Part shown: one piece after another, positions 41,764-50,068 of the stretch
Layout of the letters: every line of letters starts with the position of its first letter
Numbering within the stretch: the first letter of the stretch is position 1
IMG/VR virus record: IMGVR_UViG_3300025314_000012
DNA from: a virus
Length of the DNA: 64,000 bases
Strand: one strand, 5' to 3'
The notes under the pieces: generated by a model
The model's database searches: none
Told to the model about the DNA's origin: nothing
The model's input: the letters and a program-made list of their open reading frames with translations, nothing else
Program-made: the position numbers and the translations under genes

Positions 41764-42472
41764 CAGGCAATTTATCTCCTACAAATCTAAGCTGTTGTAT
41801 AGTAAAATTCACCCCATAAGGGCAATCTAGTCTTAAGTCATCGCCATCGGCAAGTGCGTGAGCATAGTCCTCCGGTCTAATGGCGAGTCTCGACTGCTCA
41901 ATCTGATAATAGAATCTCGACACAAAATCCTCTGTCTCCGGTACTGCCTGATTTGACATTTTCTTTTCGATAGCATTTTTCTCACGCCACAAAGTGTTCA
42001 CCTCCTTGATTGACTTAATGTCCTGCTTTTCTTTCATAGCACTCAGCACGTGTCCTGCCATAGCCTCTTGTAGATACACAAGGTAGTCCCAATCTTTTTT
42101 GTTTGTCCACTTTGTATAAAGAAGTATCATGTCTAATACGTCTTTATTTTTTCCTAACACCATCTGTACCACACGCTCGTCAAACCTCTGTTGCCCGTCA
42201 TGCTTTGACTTTGTCTGTGGAAATCCTGCATACGCAGCCGCTTCCCATTTCTGTCCCCAATAGTCAAGTGAGTTCATTTGATGAATGGGTGAGTTCGGGT
42301 CGTACATTAATACTATATAACGTAGCACCTGCGACTTGGTGAACGTCTTTTCCTTGAAATCTGTAAATATTTTTAACTGTGGTATCTCTTTCTCCAAGAA
42401 CGTCACAAGCTGTGGTGAGTTCGGGTGAATAGACATTTTTGAACAGTCAAGTGATTTTATGTCTCTATCCAT
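41756..42472 (-). CDS. possible terminase small subunit / packaging-associated protein
   Basis: Overlaps the terL start; own promoter at 42491-42498; call is positional only. Confidence 0.4.
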   Translation of the reverse strand: MDRDIKSLDCSKMSIHPNSPQLVTFLEKEIPQLKIFTDFKEKTFTKSQVLRYIVLMYDPNSPIHQMNSLDYWGQKWEAAAYAGFPQTKSKHDGQQRFDERVVQMVLGKNKDVLDMILLYTKWTNKKDWDYLVYLQEAMAGHVLSAMKEKQDIKSIKEVNTLWREKNAIEKKMSNQAVPETEDFVSRFYYQIEQSRLAIRPEDYAHALADGDDLRLDCPYGVNFTIQQLRFVGDKLPDE

Positions 42473-42571
42473 ATCGTATTATGTTGCACACAAATATAAC
42501 ACGCTGAAATTTAGGCATAAAAAAAGCTGCACCACGAATGATACAGCTTAATACTCATAAGTTAAATAAAG

Positions 42572-42817
42572 TTATTCTATGTATAACACCTCCCTCTCCC
42601 CTATCACCAAATATTTACTTCCGTCAAGTTCTATCTCTGTTCCCCTTGTGGTGAAGATTACGCTATCTCCTACACACACTTCATCACCACCGATAACCAC
42701 CTCACCACGCTTCTGTCTTTCTTCTACTGCATTGGGTATTATCACACCACCCGCAGTCTTTGTTAACTTGTCTATTCTCTTTACAAGTATCTTTCCTTTT
42801 GGTACTTTTCCTTTCAT
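42572..42817 (-). CDS. groES: GroES/Cpn10 co-chaperonin
   Basis: ILVKR...KTAGGVIIP.AVEE...GEVV...VCVGDSVIF...GTEIELDGSKYLVIGEREVL. Confidence 0.85.
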   Translation of the reverse strand: MKGKVPKGKILVKRIDKLTKTAGGVIIPNAVEERQKRGEVVIGGDEVCVGDSVIFTTRGTEIELDGSKYLVIGEREVLYIE

Positions 42818-43509
42818 AACACACCCACTATAAATATTTTCTGCACAAACCCCAATTCCCTATCTATCGTCTTAAACAGGCTGTATTCTATCGCTGTCCA
42901 AAAGCCACCATCAAACACAACTTCATCGCCTACTTCCACGTCTGCATCATACAGCTTTGAACCGTAGTGGTATTCTGTATTTGTTCCATTCACCACGACC
43001 ACACCCAACCTCTTATCCTGCTCTGCATCCAAAGTTTTTATTATGCTCGATTGCACACTTTCTTTCATCACCTTTTCTACTAAACAATATCCGTTTAACG
43101 GTATCATTTTGTTTCCACGCTTTGTAAACACCAAGTCTGAGTAGTTCATTATGTAATACAACACACCGCCCACAATCAGTTCCACGGCATTTGCAGAGCC
43201 TATCTTAGTGAAATATACTGTATCTCCTTCTTCTATCTCTATGGTTGTTTTCCACTCCATACAGCCGTTAAAATGATACTGTGGGCGTGTCTTTAATACT
43301 TTTGGTATTTTAGTCACCACGCCATACCTTGCTACGTGTGCTGATTCATTCCACATCACACCGCCAACTCCTGACAATATTATTCCACTGTCTAACACAA
43401 CGTCTTCCATCGGATTAAAGTCTATCCTGATAAGAACGTTATTGTTCATCATCTGTGACGGTAACTTGTCTGTAGTGTAGGATTGTTTTGCTCCTGCGCT
43501 ATTGTTCAT
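42814..43509 (-). CDS. tandem double GroES-domain protein
   Basis: Domain 1: NVLIRI..LDSGIIL..YGVV..IEEGDTVYF..YYIMNYSDL. Domain 2: PLNGYCLVEKV..SSII..LGVVV..VEVGDEVVF. Confidence 0.7.
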   Translation of the reverse strand: MNNSAGAKQSYTTDKLPSQMMNNNVLIRIDFNPMEDVVLDSGIILSGVGGVMWNESAHVARYGVVTKIPKVLKTRPQYHFNGCMEWKTTIEIEEGDTVYFTKIGSANAVELIVGGVLYYIMNYSDLVFTKRGNKMIPLNGYCLVEKVMKESVQSSIIKTLDAEQDKRLGVVVVNGTNTEYHYGSKLYDADVEVGDEVVFDGGFWTAIEYSLFKTIDRELGFVQKIFIVGVL

Positions 43510-43735
43510 GCCAATAAAGTATTTTGTTTGTACCTACAATGTAATTACCATCTTTACTAAAGCACCCCTTTGTGTTGAATAGCACCATTGAATCTGTTTT
43601 TACTTCTTCGTTGCCTTTTACACACACGCCCCACTGCAAGTCTTTCTTTGTTGCCGTTTCAGGAATGATCAACGAAGTGTTTACATTTTCTTCGATTAAC
43701 GTTACTAATATGTTATTTCCTTTTGGTGTCACCAT
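43499..43735 (-). CDS. divergent GroES-like protein
   Basis: TPKGNNILVTL..TSLIIPETA..WGVCVKG.EEVKTDSMVLF. Confidence 0.65.
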   Translation of the reverse strand: MVTPKGNNILVTLIEENVNTSLIIPETATKKDLQWGVCVKGNEEVKTDSMVLFNTKGCFSKDGNYIVGTNKILYWHEQ

Positions 43736-43744
43736 ATTTTTTGT

Positions 43745-44398
43745 TTATTTTAAGTTTTCGGTTGTAAGTATCATTGTGCTTAGTTCACACAAAACTCTAT
43801 TCAAGAACACACGTATAGATTCATCTTTTTCCTGTATAAATCCTTCTGTCCAACCGGGTTCATAATTAAATTCTTTAAACGAAAAAGTGTAATCAACAAT
43901 CCACCCATGTCCAATAGTATATATAGAAATAGATAAAATCTTTGGTTCTGTTCTACCGCTGTAGTCTGGATGAGCAAATTCATCTTTAAGAAATTTTCCG
44001 TCAAGTCTTTGTATTTCAAAAATTAATCCAATTGTGCTTTTTTCTAAAAACGACTTAAAATCAAAATTAAACTTTAACATTCTATATTTGGATGGATAAA
44101 TAGATTCTTTTTCTCTCCATTCTTTAAGTGGCTTATTCTCATTACCATAAACGGCACGTGCAAAAATAGCATCAAAATAATTATTTAATTCCGTTGAGCT
44201 GTCTGGTAACTTACATTTACAGTCGTAGTTATTTGCCGAATATCCGAACAAAGATTTATTTATTCCGTCCCTATACCACCCATATTGATGAGAAAACCCA
44301 TTGCCTGTTTTAAGCATCCAATCAAGAACTGCCATTTTTATTTCCAAATCATATTCGTGTCCAATCAATTTAGAAAAGGCTATTTTAATTGTTTTCAT
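43745..44398 (-). CDS. hypothetical protein
   Basis: 217-aa AT-rich ORF. Confidence 0.65.
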   Translation of the reverse strand: MKTIKIAFSKLIGHEYDLEIKMAVLDWMLKTGNGFSHQYGWYRDGINKSLFGYSANNYDCKCKLPDSSTELNNYFDAIFARAVYGNENKPLKEWREKESIYPSKYRMLKFNFDFKSFLEKSTIGLIFEIQRLDGKFLKDEFAHPDYSGRTEPKILSISIYTIGHGWIVDYTFSFKEFNYEPGWTEGFIQEKDESIRVFLNRVLCELSTMILTTENLK

Positions 44399-44484
44399 AC
44401 TAATTCAAGTTTAAACGTTTCCATCAATTTCCTAAAGTGTTCCGACTGCATGAAATCGTCAAGAACATCTTTAGGTGTTAACAT
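44395..44484 (-). CDS. 29-aa ORF (MLTPKDVLDDFMQSEHFRKLMETFKLELV)
   Basis: Fills the gap; stop overlaps the ATG of 44398 (ATGA). Confidence 0.35.
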   Translation of the reverse strand: MLTPKDVLDDFMQSEHFRKLMETFKLELV

Positions 44485-44519
44485 AATCTCTTTTGGTTCA
44501 GGCTGACTTACTTCCTCTT

Positions 44520-44897
44520 TTAAAAAGGTAGTTGGTCGTCTTCCACAGGCTGTAACGCATCTTTCTTAATATCGTTCCACTCGTTCTTGGGTACTCTTAC
44601 TTCTTCGTTGCCCATATCACGCACAACCTCCGCACTGTACGCTGTTGCGCCTGTAAAGTATCTTCCATTGTATTCCCTGCTCTTAATGCTAAACGCTACT
44701 TTAATCACTGTGTCCAAACTTGTGTCGGATATAAACTGTATCAACTCTGAATTGAACGTGTCAAAACATATTTCAGTTGGGTACTTTGAATCCTTCACCT
44801 GAATTACAAATGACATTTTACTCCAATCACCAGAACCGTCTTTCTTTGCACCTGATTCAATCGGTAGTTTCTTAATCAATTTTCCTATCTCTTCCAT
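44520..44897 (-). CDS. DUF3127-like single-stranded DNA-binding protein
   Basis: WSK..FVI...YP..ICF...V.V.F.I.SREYNGRYFT..TAY pattern with an acidic DDQLPF tail. Confidence 0.75.
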   Translation of the reverse strand: MEEIGKLIKKLPIESGAKKDGSGDWSKMSFVIQVKDSKYPTEICFDTFNSELIQFISDTSLDTVIKVAFSIKSREYNGRYFTGATAYSAEVVRDMGNEEVRVPKNEWNDIKKDALQPVEDDQLPF

Positions 44898-44898
44898 A

Positions 44899-45159
44899 CT
44901 AATTTAATATTTGTTGTTTTTTAAATACGTTCTTTCCTGTATTCAGATAGCTTATTGCTATGTCTGTTATGTTGATATAATCTTCATTCACCACGTCTGG
45001 GTCTTCAAGTGAATAAGCATCGTAGAAGTTTCCGTCTTTGTAATACGCTAACACGTGTTCCGAGTGATAATGATTGTACGGTACTTCCAACACACACAGG
45101 CTACCGTTAACGAGTGCCGTGTCTATGTCCTTGTAGTAAATATTCTTAAACATACTCAT
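44899..45159 (-). CDS. hypothetical protein
   Basis: Start moved to MSMFK because a -7 box lies at 45173-45180. Confidence 0.55.
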   Translation of the reverse strand: MSMFKNIYYKDIDTALVNGSLCVLEVPYNHYHSEHVLAYYKDGNFYDAYSLEDPDVVNEDYINITDIAISYLNTGKNVFKKQQILN

Positions 45160-45210
45160 TGTTTTTATTCCGCAAAGATAAAACAAATAACGCTTAGTTG
45201 TACACAAAAT

Positions 45211-45438
45211 TTATAAATTATTACACAACCACTCCATCGCACCGTTCAACCACCTGTCACTATTCCTAAACAATAGCTTGTTCGCCTTTGGATACATCTC
45301 TATCACACCGAACTTGGCTGTGTGGATTAAATAACTGCCGTTCTTTTTGGATTCTACTTTATACACCATGCGAAGTCCATCTAAAACGTATGTCTTAAAG
45401 TCAAATAGATTATTTCTTTCTTCTTCTGTAATTATCAT
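45211..45438 (-). CDS. hypothetical protein
   Basis: 75-aa ORF directly after the helicase. Confidence 0.6.
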   Translation of the reverse strand: MIITEEERNNLFDFKTYVLDGLRMVYKVESKKNGSYLIHTAKFGVIEMYPKANKLLFRNSDRWLNGAMEWLCNNL

Positions 45439-45443
45439 ATTGA

Positions 45444-46667
45444 TTAGTCTAAATACACATTTGTTAGTCTTTTACCACCACTATGAAAATACCACTGAAC
45501 ATCTCCATCGTTTCCTATTGCAAGTTCTTCCACACGCCCAAACCTGTTGTATGTTTTACACATATCAACAACATAAGCACTTTCTTTGTTTTTGTGTGGT
45601 CGCATTGCCCTACCTATCATCTGATAATACAATGCCAATGACCGTGTTGGTCTTGCAAGTAAAATAGTATCTAATTCAGGAAAGTCAAACCCTGTTGTCA
45701 ACACACCAACATTGGTTACTATTTTTATCTTTCCACTTCTAAAATCAGCTAATATTCGTTCTCTATCATTTTTTTTAGTTTGTGCTGATACTGTTTCGCA
45801 AATATCACCCAACTTATCTTTCACATAATTTGATTCTTCTACGAACTTTGTAAATATTAATATGTTCTTTCTTCCTGCTTTTAATAGCCTTTGTGCTAAA
45901 TTTACTATCTGTTCCTCAAAAGATATTTCTTTATAGTATTTTCTTACAGAATCATCCGTGTAATCCATCTTGGTAGAGTTTACAACAAGTTTATCTGTAT
46001 TGAACTCTACATTGGCATTGAAATATTCAATATCTGCCAAATATCCTTTATTGGATAATTCTTCTATTTGTGCGTAATATATTAAATCATAGAATACACG
46101 AGGTCGTGTCCGTGTGATGAATTTAAGCATAGTACCACCAAAGCCATCTATATTCATTCGGTATGGTGTTGCTGTTAGTCCTAATATCTTTTTAGTTCCT
46201 ATGCTACTAAGGAATCTTTTATACATACCTTCTTTTGCATTTACAAAATGGCACTCATCAATTATGACGTTGTCAAAATGCTTAAATGCGTTTACTCTGT
46301 TTATGGCACTACCAATGGTGGCATAAGTTACTTTTGATATTTGCTTTGAATTAAATGATGCACTGAATATACTCGCATCTATGAATTGGTCGTAACTAAG
46401 TAGTTTATTAAAGTTTTGTTCAAGAATTTCCTTAGACGGTTGGAATACAAGCGTGTGTCCTTGTATGTTTTTAACAATATTTGCTATTATAAGACTTTTA
46501 CCTGAACCTGTTGGTAATACCATTAACGCAGGATTCTTTCTTGCACCACTAAAAAAGTTTATAGCACTATCACACGCTTTTTCCTGATAGTCCCTTAATA
46601 TATAAGTACCATCTGAATTTGGTTCTGTAATTACTTCGTTTTCTATTACACTTTTAAAATTCTCCAT
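45444..46667 (-). CDS. superfamily 2 DExH helicase (UvsW/RadD-like)
   Basis: LRDYQ, LPTGSGKS, DECH, LTATP, VLTTGFD, QMIGRAMR motifs. Confidence 0.9.
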   Translation of the reverse strand: MENFKSVIENEVITEPNSDGTYILRDYQEKACDSAINFFSGARKNPALMVLPTGSGKSLIIANIVKNIQGHTLVFQPSKEILEQNFNKLLSYDQFIDASIFSASFNSKQISKVTYATIGSAINRVNAFKHFDNVIIDECHFVNAKEGMYKRFLSSIGTKKILGLTATPYRMNIDGFGGTMLKFITRTRPRVFYDLIYYAQIEELSNKGYLADIEYFNANVEFNTDKLVVNSTKMDYTDDSVRKYYKEISFEEQIVNLAQRLLKAGRKNILIFTKFVEESNYVKDKLGDICETVSAQTKKNDRERILADFRSGKIKIVTNVGVLTTGFDFPELDTILLARPTRSLALYYQMIGRAMRPHKNKESAYVVDMCKTYNRFGRVEELAIGNDGDVQWYFHSGGKRLTNVYLD

Positions 46668-47063
46668 AATTAATATTTTACTGCAAAAATAATATATAAT
46701 ACACTATATTGCAACTATAATTTATATGTTTTATAACACATATTTGTAACTAACTGAATTTTAATGCTTTAAAATTCTTCGCTTGCTTTGGTAATAGATT
46801 TTAGATTGGAGGTTGGTGTGGAAAGTTAAGTCACCCCCCTCCCCCAAAGAAGGTGACTTAAATTCACGCTTGCTTCGTATAATGAGTTTTGAGTTCTCGG
46901 CAGGCTGTCAAGGCTCATAAGTCGTCGAACGAACTACTTGACATTTAAGTGTAAGATTTAAGGAAATCAGTAACCACCACCTTTGTTCGATTCTAAGCCT
47001 TGTTTATACTGAGAGACCATTACCAGTAGTTGATATGTAGATGTTGTTATGGTGGACACCACG

Positions 47064-47168
47064 AAAAAAGCCGCCCAAAGCGGGCGGCAGTATGATAAGT
47101 ACATATAGAACTAAGGTTGAAAACAACCCCTGAAAATCCAATCTTATATAATCTAATACCTATCATAG
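47064..47168 (-). ncRNA. candidate small RNA 3 (~100 nt)
   Basis: -7 box TATCTTTG at 47172-47179; inverted repeat 47090-47101/47157-47168; GCCGCCC/GGGCGGC-T6 terminator at 47064-47088. Confidence 0.35.
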
Positions 47169-47437
47169 CGACAAAGATAATAATTTATTTTTATCCCCAA
47201 AATATATACATAATTATTTCACGAAGATAGTTAAAATAAATTTAGTGTGCAAGTATTTTGTCAACTATTTTGCGCAATATACTATACTTTGTGTATAATA
47301 TTGCACTTAGATGCTAAAATATTAGCCAAAGTTGGTTATAATTGACAAATTAGCCAATATACTGCATATTTTGGTACATATTTTAGGAACGTGGTGCAAA
47401 AATAGTATTTTGCGGGATAAGTTTGTGTTATTTGTCG

Positions 47438-47445
47438 TATCTTTG
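47438..47445 (+). promoter_or_regulatory. Bacteroidota -7 promoter box, start of the early arm
   Basis: TATCTTTG divergent from the boxes at 47172 and 46684. Confidence 0.7.
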
Positions 47446-47517
47446 CGGTTAAAATTATAACGGTTTGTGTATGTTTTGAAAGCCACAGCACGAACACTCG
47501 AATTTAATTTTAAAAAT

Positions 47518-47904
47518 ATGAAACGAATAAATAAAAACATTGGTGCTAAAGTACAGGTTAGAGAAATAACAGTTGAAATTAACCCACAAGTTAAGTGGAA
47601 AAAACTTAAGAAGGTTACTGGTGTTATTGTTGAAAACGATGGGTATGAGCATTATTATCATACTTGCAGTGGTGGATATACTTATGTAACCAAGCACTTA
47701 ATTAAAAACGATTGCTATAAAACATACGCTATAAAACTTGATAATAATGTAAAGGACATTGAAGGTAATAACATTATTGTAGTACGAGAGTTTGATACTA
47801 AGTTTTTGGAACGAATTGAAGTACCTAAGAAAAAAGTTACAGAAAAAGATTACTTTAATGCTAAAAATGTTATTGAACGATATGAGTCTGAGAATGGCTT
47901 ATAA
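47518..47904 (+). CDS. hypothetical protein
   Basis: Probable ATG 47518 within track ORF 47467..47904; its TAA is part of a TAAC site. Confidence 0.6.
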   Translation: MKRINKNIGAKVQVREITVEINPQVKWKKLKKVTGVIVENDGYEHYYHTCSGGYTYVTKHLIKNDCYKTYAIKLDNNVKDIEGNNIIVVREFDTKFLERIEVPKKKVTEKDYFNAKNVIERYESENGL

Positions 47905-47983
47905 CGGATAGTGGTATGTTCTGAACCGATAAATCACCACGAAATTTAAGACGAGAACGAATGTTAAATTAAAATTTTATACA

Positions 47984-48349
47984 ATGAATATAGTTGAAAA
48001 TAAACATGTAAAATTTGATATTGATACAGTTGAAGGCGCTGAGAAATATCTTGAAAGCGAAGGCGTAAATGTTGCCGAATACTTACAAAAAGGAATTGAA
48101 GAATTAAAAAATAATACAATGAACGAAAGAGAAGTACACTTAAAATTAAGTGAAGTAAAAATTGACAACGACAACCTTGATTACATAAAAATGACAGGGG
48201 AGATATGTGGCAAATTAAGAGACGACATAGTAAAATTATTTGCTATGACTGATGTTACCGGGGAGTGCGAACACCCGTATCGCTCATTAAGCGAAGATAA
48301 AGATGGTTTGTATTGTATGGATTGTAAAAAAAGCCTTTCGCCAATTTGA
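47984..48349 (+). CDS. hypothetical chimeric protein crossing an attC-like core site
   Basis: GTT at 48254 read as V91; C-terminal CxH...CxxC module; second internal start context at ~48119. Confidence 0.65.
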   Translation: MNIVENKHVKFDIDTVEGAEKYLESEGVNVAEYLQKGIEELKNNTMNEREVHLKLSEVKIDNDNLDYIKMTGEICGKLRDDIVKLFAMTDVTGECEHPYRSLSEDKDGLYCMDCKKSLSPI

Positions 48350-48355
48350 GCATTA

Positions 48356-48497
48356 CCGGTAACGAAAAAGTATAAAAGAAGTAACTATGCAAGAAGAAAT
48401 AATTAACGAAATACGCAAAGTTAAAACAGGAGAATTAACACCAGAAGAATGTGCTGACAAGCTATTTCTTTTATATGGTATTATGTTTCAGGTTTGC
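48356..48497 (+). repeat. attC-like element B
   Basis: CCGGTAAC, then stem GTATAAAAGAAGTAAC / GCTATTTCTTTTATAT, then (A)TTATGTTTCAGG. Confidence 0.75.
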
Positions 48498-48581
48498 GTT
48501 ATTCATAATCCACAACCAGTTATGGGGATGGATAATGATATAATAGAGTATAGATGTTCAGAATGTGGTAAGCAAACTTGA
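48387..48581 (+). CDS. hypothetical protein starting inside the element B loop
   Basis: Crosses the core site in frame; C-terminal CxxH...CxxC. Confidence 0.65.
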   Translation: MQEEIINEIRKVKTGELTPEECADKLFLLYGIMFQVCVIHNPQPVMGMDNDIIEYRCSECGKQT

Positions 48582-48707
48582 ACATAACAAGTTTGTAAAC
48601 GAATAAATTATTGCAATAAAATCAAACTTTAATATTGGATACTGAGTTAAACGTGTGAAAAAAATAACAAAAATAAAAATCATTACCTTTATACATATCT
48701 TTGTGAC

Positions 48708-48968
48708 ATGAAAGAGGACGAAAAATACAACACCGACATTGAAGTTTACAACTTAGTAAACGACATAAAGAACATAGATGATGAATCGTGTTTCTACTTT
48801 AGGATGAAAGGTAACAGCGTGAGTATTGGGTACACAGGACTTGACCACACGCTAATCACAGGCTTTATAACGTGTATGGAACAGTATAAAGAGTTGTATG
48901 ACATTATCAATTCATCCGTGTTGATTTACGAAGAAGAAAACATTACAAGTGACATACGCGCAAATTAA
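48708..48968 (+). CDS. hypothetical protein
   Basis: Directly after the -7 box at 48696-48703. Confidence 0.65.
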   Translation: MKEDEKYNTDIEVYNLVNDIKNIDDESCFYFRMKGNSVSIGYTGLDHTLITGFITCMEQYKELYDIINSSVLIYEEENITSDIRAN

Positions 48969-49278
48969 TCAGAAAAATATCCTGCTTCAAATGGAAGTGG
49001 ATATGATTGCCAACAAGTACGTGTTACTTCAACAGCACTACACGCTGATGTCTGCCACACAAACTTTTTGCGACTTCGACGTATATAATTCTTTTGGTTA
49101 TCTTGGGTGGTATGAGGACGTGATGAAGTTCATTTGTAAAAACCACAAAGAGATAAAAAGGAAGTTTACGATGGATGAGTTCATGGAATTTGCGTGGCAG
49201 TTCCGTGTGAAAAAACTATCGAAGTTCCCAATGGAAACGATGGCTGACTTTAAGAAAATAAAGATAAGAAATGCTTAG
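48949..49278 (+). CDS. hypothetical protein
   Basis: 109-aa ORF in the early operon. Confidence 0.55.
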   Translation: MTYAQINQKNILLQMEVDMIANKYVLLQQHYTLMSATQTFCDFDVYNSFGYLGWYEDVMKFICKNHKEIKRKFTMDEFMEFAWQFRVKKLSKFPMETMADFKKIKIRNA

Positions 49279-49355
49279 CTTTATTGAAACAAACTATCAC
49301 TAATTTTGCTCAATATCAACGTTTGTGATATTATGCAAACATAACGATATTAAAA

Positions 49356-49448
49356 ATGATAAACTTTTTCAATGTTGACAATTTGGGGTTTATGAAAAGT
49401 AAGCCAGATAAGTATTATGATTTGGCGATTGTTGTATCAAAACATTAA
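49356..49448 (+). pseudogene. truncated 5' fragment of a DNA methyltransferase
   Basis: MINFFNVDNLGFMKSKPDKYYDLAIV aligns 13/26 with the N-terminus of 50050..50703 and breaks just before DPPY. Confidence 0.75.
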
Positions 49449-49480
49449 TGTATATTTGTAATAAATTAAAACATTAATAA

Positions 49481-50068
49481 ATGATACGAGATTCAAAACA
49501 ATTGCAAATCGGAAAAGCTGGAGAATATTTGGTTTGTGCTGATTTAATTTTAAAAGGATTTATAGCATTTCCAAGTGAACAAGGACTACCTTATGATGTA
49601 CTTTTAGACACAGGAGAAAAACTATTGAGGGTTCAAGTAAAAACGACAGAAAGACCACGTTTAGTTAAACAAAGAAACACGCCAATACCTGCATATATTT
49701 TCAGTATTAAAAGGGCTGGAGCAAATGGCAAAACACGCTACAATGAAAACGAAATAGATTTATTCGCTTTGGTTTGTTTAGATACCATAAGTATTGGTTA
49801 TTTATTAAATAAAGAAATGCCAACAACAATAAATATAAGAGTTGATAGCGAGCGTGGTAAATATTACGATGAAAAAGGATTATTGGATTACAATCAGGCT
49901 ATAAAGCTACATGAAAACATAAAAAATAAATCAGAAATAGGGAGAATGTTAAATATACAACAGGCTGTTGTAAGTAAATATTTACAACCAAATTACATAC
50001 CTTTTAAAACAAATGCAAAGTATTTTTCAGAATTTAAAAAAGATAAATCATGGTTCCTGACTATATAA
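49481..50068 (+). CDS. PD-(D/E)XK homing-type endonuclease with C-terminal HTH-like segment
   Basis: GKAGEYLV..DL..G......PYD.LLD....L.RVQVKT pattern; own -7 box at 49451-49458. Confidence 0.75.
   Translation: MIRDSKQLQIGKAGEYLVCADLILKGFIAFPSEQGLPYDVLLDTGEKLLRVQVKTTERPRLVKQRNTPIPAYIFSIKRAGANGKTRYNENEIDLFALVCLDTISIGYLLNKEMPTTINIRVDSERGKYYDEKGLLDYNQAIKLHENIKNKSEIGRMLNIQQAVVSKYLQPNYIPFKTNAKYFSEFKKDKSWFLTI

Noticed and set aside
47458-47905. First gene (47518..47904) as a fully supported cassette
   Set aside because: A left arm is present, but the best candidate core (GTTATTGA ~47870) matches the inverse core CTTATAAC over only 5 nt and no convincing stem was found.
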